Shown: in pieces, positions 27,389 through 37,054 of the stretch
Layout of the letters: every line of letters starts with the position of its first letter
Position numbering within the stretch: the stretch's first letter is position 1
Translations under genes and position numbers: made by a program
Source: a virus
Lineage: Duplodnaviria; Caudoviricetes
Length of the DNA: 64,000 bases
Virus record (IMG/VR): IMGVR_UViG_3300045747_000505
Reading direction: 5' to 3' (one strand)
The notes under the pieces: generated by a model
What the model was told of the DNA's origin: nothing
What the model saw: the letters and a program-made list of their open reading frames with translations, nothing else
Databases searched by the model: none

Positions 27389-28768
27389 ATGGCACGAATC
27401 ATCAAAACCGACCACGGTCACACGACTCGCCGACGCATTCGCGTTCGCGATTATTTCAATTCGAGCGTCAAGACGTTCTCGCTGCACGACAACGTTCGCT
27501 CCATTCCACTGCTCACCGACGGCATGAAACCGTCGCAGCGCAAGTCCATCTGCGGCGCCCTGTCACGTGGCGAGACCGCTGGTGAGCTGCAGCTCGAACG
27601 GCTGGCTTCACTCATTGCCGCTCACACCGACTACCACCACGGCGCCGCGTCGCTCGTCGGCACCATCGTGGGCATGGCCAACGACAAGATGCCGGGCATG
27701 AACAACATCAACCTGTTCGTTCCGTCCGGTCAGTTCGGCTCTCGTCTCACCTCCGAGCCAGGCGCTGGTCGGTACATCTTCACCTATCTCAGCCCGTACT
27801 TCCGCGAGCTGTTCCGCAAGGACGACGACTGCATTCTCGATCCCATTCTGGTCGACGGCGAGAAGATCGAGCCGCACACCTACATTCCGCTGCTCCCGAT
27901 GTCGCTGGTCAACGGCGCGTCAGGCACCGGCACGGGCCATGGTTGTGAGATCTTCAGCTACCATCCTGAGAAGCTGCGCGACGCCATTCTGTCCGTGCTC
28001 GCCGGCCGAAAGCTGAAGCCGATGGGGCTGACGCCCTGGTTCCGTGGCTATCACGGCACCGTTGCTCGCAACCCTGAGACCAATCAGGTCACGACCACCG
28101 GCACGATCGAGATCGTCAACTCGACGACCATTCGCATCACCGAGCTGGCGCTTGGCGTCTACCTCGACTCGTACAAGAAGGTCCTCAACGACCTCGAGGA
28201 GGAAGAATTCATTCGGTCGTACGACGACGCTTCAACCGAGGATGGCTTCCACTTCACGTGCACCGTGCCGCGCTCGACCACAGCGCTCGACGAGGCCACG
28301 CTGCTCAAGAAGTTCAAGCTCATCGGTCGTGGCACCGAGAACTACACGCTGTGGAACACCGAGGGCACACTGCAGAAGTTCGACTCGCCCGAGGCGATCA
28401 TTGAAGCGTTCGTCCCATGGCGCCTCGCTCGCTACGAGGACCGTCGTCAGAAGCACATCGCTGATACGCGCGAGGCGATTCGCCTGCAGTCCGAGATTGT
28501 TCGCTTCATCCGCTTCTATCTGGCGAACACCAAGGTGTTCAAGGACACCGGCCGCGCCGACCTGATCGCCCTGCTGCTGTCGAAGAACTTCGTCGACTAC
28601 GATCGCCTGCTCTCGATGCCGATCTGGAACCTGACGAAGGACAAGATCGCCGAGCTCGAGCGAAAGCTGACCGACCTCAAGGCGCAGCTCGCCGCCCTCG
28701 AAGCCGACACGGCGAACGACATGTACGCTCGTGAGCTCAAGGCCTTCAAGTACAAGGAACGTCTGTGA
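27389..28768 (+). CDS. Type II DNA topoisomerase medium subunit (T4 gp52, GyrA/ParC-like)
   Basis: DGMKPSQRK, YHHG..SL, GQFGSR, catalytic AGRYI, LVNGASGTGTG. Confidence 0.95.
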   Translation: MARIIKTDHGHTTRRRIRVRDYFNSSVKTFSLHDNVRSIPLLTDGMKPSQRKSICGALSRGETAGELQLERLASLIAAHTDYHHGAASLVGTIVGMANDKMPGMNNINLFVPSGQFGSRLTSEPGAGRYIFTYLSPYFRELFRKDDDCILDPILVDGEKIEPHTYIPLLPMSLVNGASGTGTGHGCEIFSYHPEKLRDAILSVLAGRKLKPMGLTPWFRGYHGTVARNPETNQVTTTGTIEIVNSTTIRITELALGVYLDSYKKVLNDLEEEEFIRSYDDASTEDGFHFTCTVPRSTTALDEATLLKKFKLIGRGTENYTLWNTEGTLQKFDSPEAIIEAFVPWRLARYEDRRQKHIADTREAIRLQSEIVRFIRFYLANTKVFKDTGRADLIALLLSKNFVDYDRLLSMPIWNLTKDKIAELERKLTDLKAQLAALEADTANDMYARELKAFKYKERL

Positions 28769-28947
28769 TCATCGCTGCAGTCCTCATCGTCTGGCTCATC
28801 GTCTCGATCATCTGGTCAACCTACATGCCGGTGCCGCCGGCTCACAGTTGGCGCGCCGACGCAGAGCTTCTCATCTGCCTGCCGTCCATTCTGCTGATCG
28901 TCCTGCTCTTCTGGGTCCTCACCCTCCTCCGCCGCTTCCCCAAATAA
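28765..28947 (+). CDS. Small two-helix membrane protein
   Basis: 60 aa with two hydrophobic stretches; GTGA overlap. Confidence 0.6.
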   Translation: MIIAAVLIVWLIVSIIWSTYMPVPPAHSWRADAELLICLPSILLIVLLFWVLTLLRRFPK

Positions 28948-28950
28948 ATA
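28945..28950 (+). promoter_or_regulatory. Possible late promoter (TAAATA)
   Basis: AATAAATA overlapping the stop, 5 nt before ATG 28955. Confidence 0.45.
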
Positions 28951-28954
28951 AGCC

Positions 28955-29440
28955 ATGGCACTCTCACTTCAAACCTTCGGCTCAGCACCTGCGGCGATCT
29001 ACCTCGTCGAGCTGTTGAACGAGCGCAACAACGAGCGGTTGACACGCAAGGTCAGCCGCACGCTCTCCAATCAGCGTGAGGTTCTGAAGGACCTGACGTG
29101 CGCTCACCTGTGCGGCGTCATGTCGCTGTCGTCCTTCTGCGCGCTGCTCGAGCTGATGTCCAAGAACAATCAGGCCGAGGTGACCAAGGCGATCGCCACT
29201 GAGGATCAGTTCATCGCGAACCTCGTCGTCAACGTTCTCGAGGGTGGCGTCAAGGCTTGGAAGCGGCGCGCTCAAGAGGCGGCTCGTCAGCGCAGCACGA
29301 TCGCTCGCAAGACTCCAGCCGGCCAGTCCGTCGAGGACCCGTTGGCCAACTGGTTGGACGATGAGAAGACTCCGGCCGACCTGATCAAGCGTTCAAAGGC
29401 CTATCTTGCGCGCAAGGGCAAGAAGGACACTCTCTACTAA
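28955..29440 (+). CDS. Hypothetical protein
   Basis: 161 aa. Confidence 0.7.
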   Translation: MALSLQTFGSAPAAIYLVELLNERNNERLTRKVSRTLSNQREVLKDLTCAHLCGVMSLSSFCALLELMSKNNQAEVTKAIATEDQFIANLVVNVLEGGVKAWKRRAQEAARQRSTIARKTPAGQSVEDPLANWLDDEKTPADLIKRSKAYLARKGKKDTLY

Positions 29441-29446
29441 GACACC

Positions 29447-30307
29447 ATGGCTCAAGACTACTACGCAACTCTCGGCCTCGACAAGAACGCCAACGACGAG
29501 GACATCAAGAAGGCCTATCGCCGGCTCGCCTCAAAGCATCACCCAGACAAGGTGCCTGAGGCTGAGAAGGCTTTCGCCACGGCGAAGTTCAAGGAGATCT
29601 CCACCGCGTATGACACGCTGAGCAACGCGGCCAAGCGACAAGCGTACGACAACCCACAGGCTCGTGGCTTTGACCGCAGCGACATGGAGGACATTCTCAA
29701 CGCGATGCGCGCCGCTCACGGACAGCGAGCGCAGGAGATGTACGCCATCGTTGTGACCATCTCGCTGAAGGACGCCTACACTGGCAAGACGCTCAATCTG
29801 AACCTCAACGGTTCGTCCGACTCCGTCGACCTGCCCGCTGGCGTTCCGCACCTCGCTCAAGGCCAGTACACGTCGAAGAACGGCAAGCTCGTCAACATCA
29901 CGGTTCGCATTCAGTCCGAGCCGTTCGCGATGAAGCCGATTCAAGAGGCGACGCGCATCGTCAACGCCGCCGGCAATGCCTTCACTGGGTCGATCGACAC
30001 CGGCGACCTCGAGCTGCGCGTTGACATCGACGCGCTCGACCTCATCATCGGCAAGTGGATCAAGGTCACCGACTTCCTCGGCGAAGAGCTACAGGTTCGC
30101 GTGCCGGGTGGCTTCAACCAGAGCAATCGTCTCAAGGTCAAGGGCAAGGGCTACGTTCACTGGTCGATCGAGAAGGCCGCAGCCGAGCCGCATCGCGCTG
30201 ACCTCTTCGTGCGCATCAACCCAATCTTCTCGCCGATCAGCAAGCTGAACAAGGACCGAGTTCAAGAGCTGCACGACGCGGTGTTCCCCAAGGAGAAGAC
30301 CGAGTGA
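29447..30307 (+). CDS. J-domain co-chaperone (DnaJ/CbpA-like, no Zn finger)
   Basis: DYY..LGL..NA....[16 protein letters not shown]; C-terminal GDL....D, LKVKGKG, DLFV. Confidence 0.9.
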   Translation: MAQDYYATLGLDKNANDEDIKKAYRRLASKHHPDKVPEAEKAFATAKFKEISTAYDTLSNAAKRQAYDNPQARGFDRSDMEDILNAMRAAHGQRAQEMYAIVVTISLKDAYTGKTLNLNLNGSSDSVDLPAGVPHLAQGQYTSKNGKLVNITVRIQSEPFAMKPIQEATRIVNAAGNAFTGSIDTGDLELRVDIDALDLIIGKWIKVTDFLGEELQVRVPGGFNQSNRLKVKGKGYVHWSIEKAAAEPHRADLFVRINPIFSPISKLNKDRVQELHDAVFPKEKTE

Positions 30308-30882
30308 CGCTTCAGCTGTCATATGGTGGTCTGCACACCGTCATCTCTGGCGGTCAAACTGGCGCCGATCAGGGTGGACTGCTCGCTGCTTGGCAGCACT
30401 GCGTCAAGACGGGCGGCACGGCGCCAGGTCGCTATCAGACGCAGAACGGTCCCAACCTGCTGCTTCGAACGCTTGGTCTCACCGCCGTCGGCACCTACGC
30501 CTCGCGCACCAAGGTCAACGTTCGTGATGCGGATGCGACCGTCATCATCGCCTACAACCCCGCCTCACCTGGCACGGCGCTGACCGTTGGTGCCTGCGTC
30601 GCGCTCAACAAGCCCTATTTGATCCTCGACGTTCGTGGCAACGTCAACATCGAGCTCGGCATCGATGAGGGCGACCGTTGGACGCTGATTCAACCACACT
30701 GCGTGGCTCTCTACGACTTCTGCATCAAGCACGGTGTGCTCATCCTCAACGTTGCCGGCAATCGAGAGATCCTCGCCATCGACAAGACCGTCACTCCAAT
30801 CGTGACCTCCATCGCTGAGGACATCGTCTTCGGCGCGCTTGAGCTCCTTCGACAGGACGATTTGCTCATTTTCAAACCGTAA
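30304..30882 (+). CDS. SLOG-superfamily protein (molybdenum-carrier-like / circularly permuted YpsA)
   Basis: [35 protein letters not shown]. Confidence 0.85.
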   Translation: MTLQLSYGGLHTVISGGQTGADQGGLLAAWQHCVKTGGTAPGRYQTQNGPNLLLRTLGLTAVGTYASRTKVNVRDADATVIIAYNPASPGTALTVGACVALNKPYLILDVRGNVNIELGIDEGDRWTLIQPHCVALYDFCIKHGVLILNVAGNREILAIDKTVTPIVTSIAEDIVFGALELLRQDDLLIFKP

Positions 30883-30885
30883 ATA
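30880..30885 (+). promoter_or_regulatory. T4-type late promoter (TAAATA)
   Basis: Overlaps the stop of 30304-30882, 22 nt before ATG 30907. Confidence 0.6.
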
Positions 30886-30906
30886 CACGAGCACTACAGC
30901 TCGCGC

Positions 30907-31794
30907 ATGGATTACTACACGACCCTTGGTCTGTCCAAGACCGCCACCCCTCAAGAGATCACGAGAGCTTATCGCAGACTGGCGATGAAGCATCACCCTG
31001 ATCGTAATGAGGGGTCTAAGGTTGCTGAGGAGAAGTTCAAGGAGATCAAGCAAGCCTACGAGACGCTGAGCGATGATGCCAAGCGACGGGCGTACGACAG
31101 CAAGCCCGCGTCATCAACCTCATCGTTCTCGCCTAGTCAGAAGTGGTCGCCACCAGAGTCGGCGTTCAAGGGCTACTACAACGAGAAGACGCGCGGCAAG
31201 CAGTGGATGAACGACGCACCGCCAGTGCGTCCGCCGGTGACCGTTCGTGCAATGCCGTCTGGCGACAGGCATCAGGTCGCGCGCGTCAGCATCGCCGAAG
31301 CGTATCGCGGGTTCAACTGTCTAGTTCAAGTTGGTCCTCGCATTCACAACATCAAGGTTCCCGCTGGCGTTCCACACGGGCTGACGTTCGAGATCGGTGG
31401 CGACACCGTGATGATTCTCTTTCAAGCGAATCAGTACTCGCCAACGCCGTACTCAACGTCGCCAAAGTCCATCGAGATCAACAAGGCAACCAATCAACCA
31501 TCGATCGTTCGCCGTTGCGGTCCACTCTATCTGATGCACACCATCGAGGAGCGAATGTCTGGTCGTTGGAAGCCCCCGCTGCCAACCAGCGTCACGCTCA
31601 CCGACTTTCTCGGTGAGTCCTTCAGCGTCAAGGTTCCACTTGGACTCTCGTCGGACCAGATTCGAACCCCAATCGAGGTTCCACGCCGTGGGTACGTCGA
31701 TTGGTATTCAGACGAGGCGCGCTGCGCCACCACCCGATCCCCACTCTTCGTCACTCTCAACCTTGTTGAGAAGTCCTTCGACACCTTCGCGTGA
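30907..31794 (+). CDS. Second J-domain co-chaperone
   Basis: DYY.TLGL.KTA....[16 protein letters not shown]; shares TDFLGE motif with 29447-30307. Confidence 0.9.
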   Translation: MDYYTTLGLSKTATPQEITRAYRRLAMKHHPDRNEGSKVAEEKFKEIKQAYETLSDDAKRRAYDSKPASSTSSFSPSQKWSPPESAFKGYYNEKTRGKQWMNDAPPVRPPVTVRAMPSGDRHQVARVSIAEAYRGFNCLVQVGPRIHNIKVPAGVPHGLTFEIGGDTVMILFQANQYSPTPYSTSPKSIEINKATNQPSIVRRCGPLYLMHTIEERMSGRWKPPLPTSVTLTDFLGESFSVKVPLGLSSDQIRTPIEVPRRGYVDWYSDEARCATTRSPLFVTLNLVEKSFDTFA

Positions 31795-31800
31795 TACAAT
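31792..31800 (+). promoter_or_regulatory. Extended -10, leaderless promoter
   Basis: TG-a-TACAAT; ATG 5 nt downstream; no SD. Confidence 0.6.
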
Positions 31801-31805
31801 ACACT

Positions 31806-32348
31806 ATGTCTACAAAACGCTCCGTCTACCTTTCATACCTCCTTCGGCACAAGCCCGAGACCGCTCACCTGACCCTCGACAAGGATGGTTGGTGCGACCT
31901 GAAGCAGCTGCTCGCCAACACGGACTTCACTCTTGAAGAGCTCGAGGACATCGTTGCCAAGGATGCCAAGCAGCGCTACTCCTTCTGGCCGGCGGCGTTG
32001 GCCAGCGCGCCGACTCACATTCGCGCCAATCAAGGGCACAGCACGACCGACGTCAAGCTGACCTTCACGAAGGCGGTGCCGCCGATCGTCCTCTACCACG
32101 GGTCCGACGCGCGCGTGATGCCAACCATTCTGAAGGATGGGTTGAAGGCGATGAACCGTCATCACGTGCACCTCTCCGCAGACCTTGAGGTCGCCAAGTC
32201 CGTTGGCGGTCGACGCAAGCGCGGCTTCGTTGTCTACGAGGTCAACGCCAAAGCGATGCTGGCGGACGGCATCGAGTTCTTCATCTCCGACAATGGCGTG
32301 TGGCTCGTCGACGCCGTTCCAGCAAAGTACCTGACGAAGACTTTGTAA
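31806..32348 (+). CDS. kptA: RNA 2'-phosphotransferase (Tpt1/KptA)
   Basis: LSYLLRH, LDKDGW, KQRY, IRANQGHS, LYHG, R.HVHLS, S.NGVWL. Confidence 0.95.
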   Translation: MSTKRSVYLSYLLRHKPETAHLTLDKDGWCDLKQLLANTDFTLEELEDIVAKDAKQRYSFWPAALASAPTHIRANQGHSTTDVKLTFTKAVPPIVLYHGSDARVMPTILKDGLKAMNRHHVHLSADLEVAKSVGGRRKRGFVVYEVNAKAMLADGIEFFISDNGVWLVDAVPAKYLTKTL

Positions 32349-32404
32349 CGGCGTTACAAATCGTCCTAAAAGATTGCTCCAGCCCGCCCAATTTGTGATA
32401 TGAT
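32342..32404 (+). promoter_or_regulatory. TTTGTAACG-G-CGTTACAAA palindrome + extended -10
   Basis: Perfect 9-bp inverted repeat containing the kptA stop; TG-a-TATGAT at 32399 (46 bp, atypical spacing). Confidence 0.6.
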
Positions 32405-32520
32405 ACACGTATCGGTGATAAGCTTTAGGTCTTAAGTGACGCGCAAGTTTATCATTGGCGGTAAGTCGAGAATCCAACCACTCGTCATATCTGCTAAACC
32501 TGGTTGGGTTAGGATCAGTC

Positions 32521-34800
32521 ATGAAAACCTCCCTCGCTGGCGAATTCGCCGGCAAACAAATCTCCGTCACCCTGAGCGCCACAAACCCTGGTGGCTTCTC
32601 CGTGGTTCCGTCTTTGCAAGACCAACCATCACCAAACCTCATTGTCGGGTTCGACGACAAGGTGACCTTCAATGGGAAGGACCTTCGTCTTGAGATCACC
32701 CCAGACTCAGTAGGGGTGAAGGTCGTGGACAACGGTCTCAAGAAGAACACCGTCACCGTCACCACCCCGAATGGCGACAAGAAGACCTTCGACGTCAAGA
32801 AGAACTCGAAGCCGACTCTGGACTTCGGCCCGCTTCAAGGCGTCCTCCCAGGCGTCCTGATGGACGACTTCCCGTTCGACGTCACGGCTGTCGCTGGTGC
32901 TGTTGCTGAGGTTCTTCCGGAAGAAAAGCCGAACACGTTCGAGCAGAACTGCTGCGTCATCTATCTGACTTCAAAGTCAGCCACCGAAATTCATACGCTG
33001 AGCCTAAAGCGGTTCCTCGGCGGCACCATTTCGCACCCAGAGATCGATGGTGTCAGAGTCGACTACTTCAATCAACAGACGAACTTTCTGCTCGACACCA
33101 TGATGTCGGCCGGTGCCATCGACCGTTTGATCGCCATTGTCAAGAAGGCGGTACACGACCTTGGGTGCCGATCACTGTTCATAATGGCCGACGAAGCCCA
33201 CGTTGCCAGCGGCGTTGATCATCAGCTTGGGAAGGTGCTGGCACACTTCAACTTCGTTTCGACGAACGGCGGGACCATTACCGTCGACGGCATCGAGGTT
33301 TCGCTGCGAATCATTGCCACTACCGCTACACCGACAACGAAAATTTCTCACGCTCTCGGCCTCAAAACCCCGATCATGCACGTGTACACCGAGCCAGGTG
33401 AAGGCTACTTTGGTGTCGACAAGTTGTTTGCCGGCAATCGCTTCGTCGAAGCCGATAAGGCGCTGACCCCGGCTGCTCTTGCCGAAATCCTGTTGGCTCA
33501 TCCTGGGTATAAGAAGGACGGCATCATCGTGCTGCGCCTTCCATCGAAGGCGCGAAAGAACAAGGACTTTGCCAAGGAGCTTAGGACTGCGCTCGGTGGT
33601 CAACACGCGATCGATGAGTTCGATTCGAAGCGGAACAATCTGAAGGAGTTCGACGAGTACGTATCCGAAGGGATCGAAGCTCGTGGTCGCGGTGCGATCG
33701 TTCTGCTCAAGGACGGTTTCAGTGCCGGCTTCACGCTCAGCTCAACCAAGCTCATCGCCTGTTGGGTCGACCTTTACTACAACGCCTTCGAAGCTCAGTG
33801 CCAATCCGTTGGCCGCATTTTTGGTTACGGGAAGACCAACGACACCTTCCCAGTGATCACAACGCGCCACGGGCTCGAACGGTACCAAGAGATCATCGTC
33901 AAGCATCGTCTTGCCCAAATCCCAAGTGTCAACGTGACGTTGAGCACGGCGAAGCGCAAGGCGTCGCAATCGCGGTTCAAGTTCGCGGCCAAGGCTCAAT
34001 ACGAAATTGGCACGCTGAAAGACTTCCAGGAAGACTTTCGGCGCCGCCACGAAGTGTGGCCAGCCGCGCTGGTGGACGGAGAGACGAACAGCGATTCGGA
34101 ATACCACGTTTGCGGATGGACGCAGCAGAACATTTCAGACACGCTGCATCGTCCAACGCATGGCATCCAGCTGCGCGCGTTCGACCTTAGTGTCCCTGGT
34201 GTCGCCAATGACGCGGAGCTCGAGAAGGCCGATTGCCCGAAGTGGTTCAACAAGGATGGCTCTCCTTTGCCGAGCGCCTTGCCAGACGGCCGCAAAGGAC
34301 CAAAGGAACCAGAAGCTTACTTCAATAGCTTCGTAGCGCTCCGCAAGAAGTACAAGGACCAGATGGCCGAGGGCAAAACCTTCATCTGGGCCTCCACCAA
34401 GTTGAACACCGTGGTCAGCGCTTTCGATGCCAACGAGGAAAAGACCGGCAAGCCTCTTCCTACTGGGATTGGTCCTCCGGACAGAAATCCCTCAAGCACG
34501 AACGATGAGGACTGCGTCCCGAACGTGTTCTTCACGGGAGATCCAGAGCCTTGGATCGTCGAGCTGGTGAAGTACGTTCGGTTGCAGCTCAACGGGCTTT
34601 ATGCAACCAACCCGAAGCCAACTGATCCGATCTACGAGACCACGATCGAGCCTGTCGCAAAGCTGCTTAGCGCCATTCACACCGGCGAGGAGTCGACGAT
34701 CCTGCTCACGGCTCAGATGCAGGCCGGCAAGACAGGTATAATGATCCTTCTCATGCACTGTCTGCCGCGCTTCATCAATCACACAGCCAGGATCAAGTAA
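32521..34800 (+). CDS. SF2 helicase/ATPase-like protein with Walker A at the C-terminus
   Basis: 759 aa; DEAH (33190), TATPT, SAGFTL, QSVGRIFGY (about 33800); AQMQAGKT only at about 34710. Confidence 0.7.
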   Translation: MKTSLAGEFAGKQISVTLSATNPGGFSVVPSLQDQPSPNLIVGFDDKVTFNGKDLRLEITPDSVGVKVVDNGLKKNTVTVTTPNGDKKTFDVKKNSKPTLDFGPLQGVLPGVLMDDFPFDVTAVAGAVAEVLPEEKPNTFEQNCCVIYLTSKSATEIHTLSLKRFLGGTISHPEIDGVRVDYFNQQTNFLLDTMMSAGAIDRLIAIVKKAVHDLGCRSLFIMADEAHVASGVDHQLGKVLAHFNFVSTNGGTITVDGIEVSLRIIATTATPTTKISHALGLKTPIMHVYTEPGEGYFGVDKLFAGNRFVEADKALTPAALAEILLAHPGYKKDGIIVLRLPSKARKNKDFAKELRTALGGQHAIDEFDSKRNNLKEFDEYVSEGIEARGRGAIVLLKDGFSAGFTLSSTKLIACWVDLYYNAFEAQCQSVGRIFGYGKTNDTFPVITTRHGLERYQEIIVKHRLAQIPSVNVTLSTAKRKASQSRFKFAAKAQYEIGTLKDFQEDFRRRHEVWPAALVDGETNSDSEYHVCGWTQQNISDTLHRPTHGIQLRAFDLSVPGVANDAELEKADCPKWFNKDGSPLPSALPDGRKGPKEPEAYFNSFVALRKKYKDQMAEGKTFIWASTKLNTVVSAFDANEEKTGKPLPTGIGPPDRNPSSTNDEDCVPNVFFTGDPEPWIVELVKYVRLQLNGLYATNPKPTDPIYETTIEPVAKLLSAIHTGEESTILLTAQMQAGKTGIMILLMHCLPRFINHTARIK

Positions 34801-34803
34801 CTT

Positions 34804-35736
34804 ATGAAATCACCGATCGTCATCATGACATGGCAACGTGCCAGTCTTGCGCAACAGAAGACTTGGGCCCGCATTCCTGATGACCTTCGGTCGCTGGTGC
34901 GCTTCGCTTGCCGCGAGGACGAAGCGCCGTTCTTCGAGAGCCTGCAACGGCCGTATGGCACGAAGCCATTCGTTCTCCCGTCCCACGTCGCTTCGATGAA
35001 GGAAACTCGTCAAGCGATCTGGGACCACTTCAACAACACCGACGAGTTCTGGTGCCAAATCGACGACGACACGAAGAAGTTCCTGAAGCTCGACTACCAT
35101 TGGCAAGATCCTGAAGAGCGCGAGAAGCGTCGGAAGCCGTGGGACGAAGGTGATGCACCACAGCAGCGCCTGTACGAGATTCATGCCAAGCCTCGCCATC
35201 AGCACAGCTTCGATGGCCTTGAGGCGATGTTCGATCGCTGCATCGATGTGCTGAAGTCGAACCCGTACATCGGCACGGTCTCACCACGGCAGACGTTCAA
35301 GATGGCGTCGCCGAAGACGCCGCTTGGTGATTTTGGCAAGACGATCAGCAACGATCCCAACTTCCTCGGCTCGGCCGAGCTGTGCGTCGGCTTCAATGCC
35401 TTCTGCTCCGAGCGCAATCTCAAGCTGAACTACGAGTTCAAGTGGAACTACTGCGGTGACACCGGCATGATCTACCGGATGCTGAGCCAGGGCTATGACA
35501 CCGTGTACCTTCGTGACTACACGATCGATCAAGATCGTCCGACCAAGGGTGCGACCTGGCGCAAGAGCTCTGTCGAAGAGTTCCGACAGTTCCGTGAAGA
35601 ATACCCCAACTACTTCCGAGACGAGAAGAAGATCGACGATGCAGTTCAATCGTCAGACCAACCACAGAAGGGTTGGAAGATGCTGCGGTCGAAGCTGCTG
35701 AAGGATGCTCGCAAGCGTCTTCAGATCGTCGTCTGA
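34804..35736 (+). CDS. Glycosyltransferase resembling T2/T6 beta-glucosyl-hmC-alpha-glucosyltransferase (TET-associated GT-A family)
   Basis: IVIMTWQR, REDE, TRQAIWD, WCQIDDDT and later GD..M...ML..GY fit that family. Confidence 0.7.
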   Translation: MKSPIVIMTWQRASLAQQKTWARIPDDLRSLVRFACREDEAPFFESLQRPYGTKPFVLPSHVASMKETRQAIWDHFNNTDEFWCQIDDDTKKFLKLDYHWQDPEEREKRRKPWDEGDAPQQRLYEIHAKPRHQHSFDGLEAMFDRCIDVLKSNPYIGTVSPRQTFKMASPKTPLGDFGKTISNDPNFLGSAELCVGFNAFCSERNLKLNYEFKWNYCGDTGMIYRMLSQGYDTVYLRDYTIDQDRPTKGATWRKSSVEEFRQFREEYPNYFRDEKKIDDAVQSSDQPQKGWKMLRSKLLKDARKRLQIVV

Positions 35737-35769
35737 ACCGAGAAAGTTTAGATTGTCCGGTTGATCTGG

Positions 35770-35778
35770 TGTTACAAT
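35770..35778 (+). promoter_or_regulatory. Extended -10 promoter for thyA
   Basis: TG-t-TACAAT; AAGGA RBS before ATG 35814. Confidence 0.55.
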
Positions 35779-35813
35779 CGGATCATCAATCAGCAACTGA
35801 CAAGGACAATCGA

Positions 35814-36731
35814 ATGAACACTTGGGAAAATCAATACCTCGATCTCGTCGAGAACATTCTGGTGATCGGCGACGATCGCACAGATCGCACTGGCACGGGC
35901 ACTCGTGCCGTGTTTGCTCGCACTCTTGACATCGATGTGTCGCGCAACTTTCCGCTGCTCACGACGAAGAAGATGCCGATCAAGTCGGTGGTCTCCGAGC
36001 TGATCTGGTTTCTGGAGGGTTCGACCGACGAGCGCCGGCTGTGTGAGATTCACCACGGCACTCGCGACGCCTCCAAGACGACCATCTGGACCGCCAACGC
36101 GCAGGCCGACTACTGGAAGCCGAAGGCCAAGTTCGACGGCGACCTCGGCGAGGTCTATGGCAAGCAGTGGCGCAGCTGGCCGACGTACGAGCGCGCGACC
36201 ATCGTCGGCTCTGAAGGCGACGTCATCGAGATACCCTATTTCGTCGAGGGTAAGCCGATCGATCAGCTGGCTGAAGCCATCAGAAAGATTCGCACCAACC
36301 CAGTCGATCGTCGCATCATGGTCTCAGCGTGGAACGTCGCCGCCATGAATCAGGTCGCGCTGCCGCCGTGCCACTACTCGATGCAGTTTTTCGTTGACAG
36401 CGGTCGTCGTCTGTGCCTGCTCTGGAATCAGCGCAGCGTCGACACTGGGCTTGGATTGCCGTTCAACATCGCCTCGTACGCGCTGCTGCTCTCGATGGTG
36501 GCGCACGTCACCGGCTGCGTTCCGTATCGCCTCATCGCCAACCTCGGCGACACGCACATTTACAGCGACCACATCGAGCCGATGTCACATCAGATCACGC
36601 GCCAGCCAATGACGCCGCCGACGCTCTGGCTGAACCCTGACGTGAAGGAGATCGACGACTTCACGATGGACGACATTCGCATCGATGGCTACGTCTCGCA
36701 CGACGCCATTCCGATGAAGATGAGCACCTGA
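35814..36731 (+). CDS. thyA: Thymidylate synthase (classical, dUMP-specific Asn retained)
   Basis: DRTGTGT, FPLLTTKK, ELIWFL.G, LPPCH, QRSVD.GLGLPFNIASY, GDTHIY. Confidence 0.97.
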   Translation: MNTWENQYLDLVENILVIGDDRTDRTGTGTRAVFARTLDIDVSRNFPLLTTKKMPIKSVVSELIWFLEGSTDERRLCEIHHGTRDASKTTIWTANAQADYWKPKAKFDGDLGEVYGKQWRSWPTYERATIVGSEGDVIEIPYFVEGKPIDQLAEAIRKIRTNPVDRRIMVSAWNVAAMNQVALPPCHYSMQFFVDSGRRLCLLWNQRSVDTGLGLPFNIASYALLLSMVAHVTGCVPYRLIANLGDTHIYSDHIEPMSHQITRQPMTPPTLWLNPDVKEIDDFTMDDIRIDGYVSHDAIPMKMST

Positions 36732-36733
36732 TC

Positions 36734-37054
36734 ATGGGCCACTACGCTGTTGACTTTCAGTGCGACGTCTGTGGCCAACTTCGCTGCGCATGCCCACCAA
36801 AGCCTGATCCTCAGGCTCACTGGTTCATGGTCAACAGCGGCGACTTCACCGTGCACAAGGTCTCCGACTTCATTGAGAAGAATCGAGCCGACCCGATGTG
36901 CAACATGCGCGTCATGACAGCGCAGCGCTACAAGACTCGCAAGGAGGCTGAGGTCGCTGCCGAATCGCTCTTCACTGGCTCCATCGAGCTGATGAAGGAT
37001 CGTCTCAAGACCCTGCGCCGCAAGGGTCGAACCAAACCCTGGGAATCGAAATGA
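36734..37054 (+). CDS. Hypothetical protein with N-terminal Cys cluster
   Basis: CDVCGQLRCAC; 106 aa. Confidence 0.7.
   Translation: MGHYAVDFQCDVCGQLRCACPPKPDPQAHWFMVNSGDFTVHKVSDFIEKNRADPMCNMRVMTAQRYKTRKEAEVAAESLFTGSIELMKDRLKTLRRKGRTKPWESK

Noticed and set aside
35814-36731. ThyA as a dCMP hydroxymethylase
   Set aside because: Retains Asn in PFNIASY and full-length classical ThyA motifs
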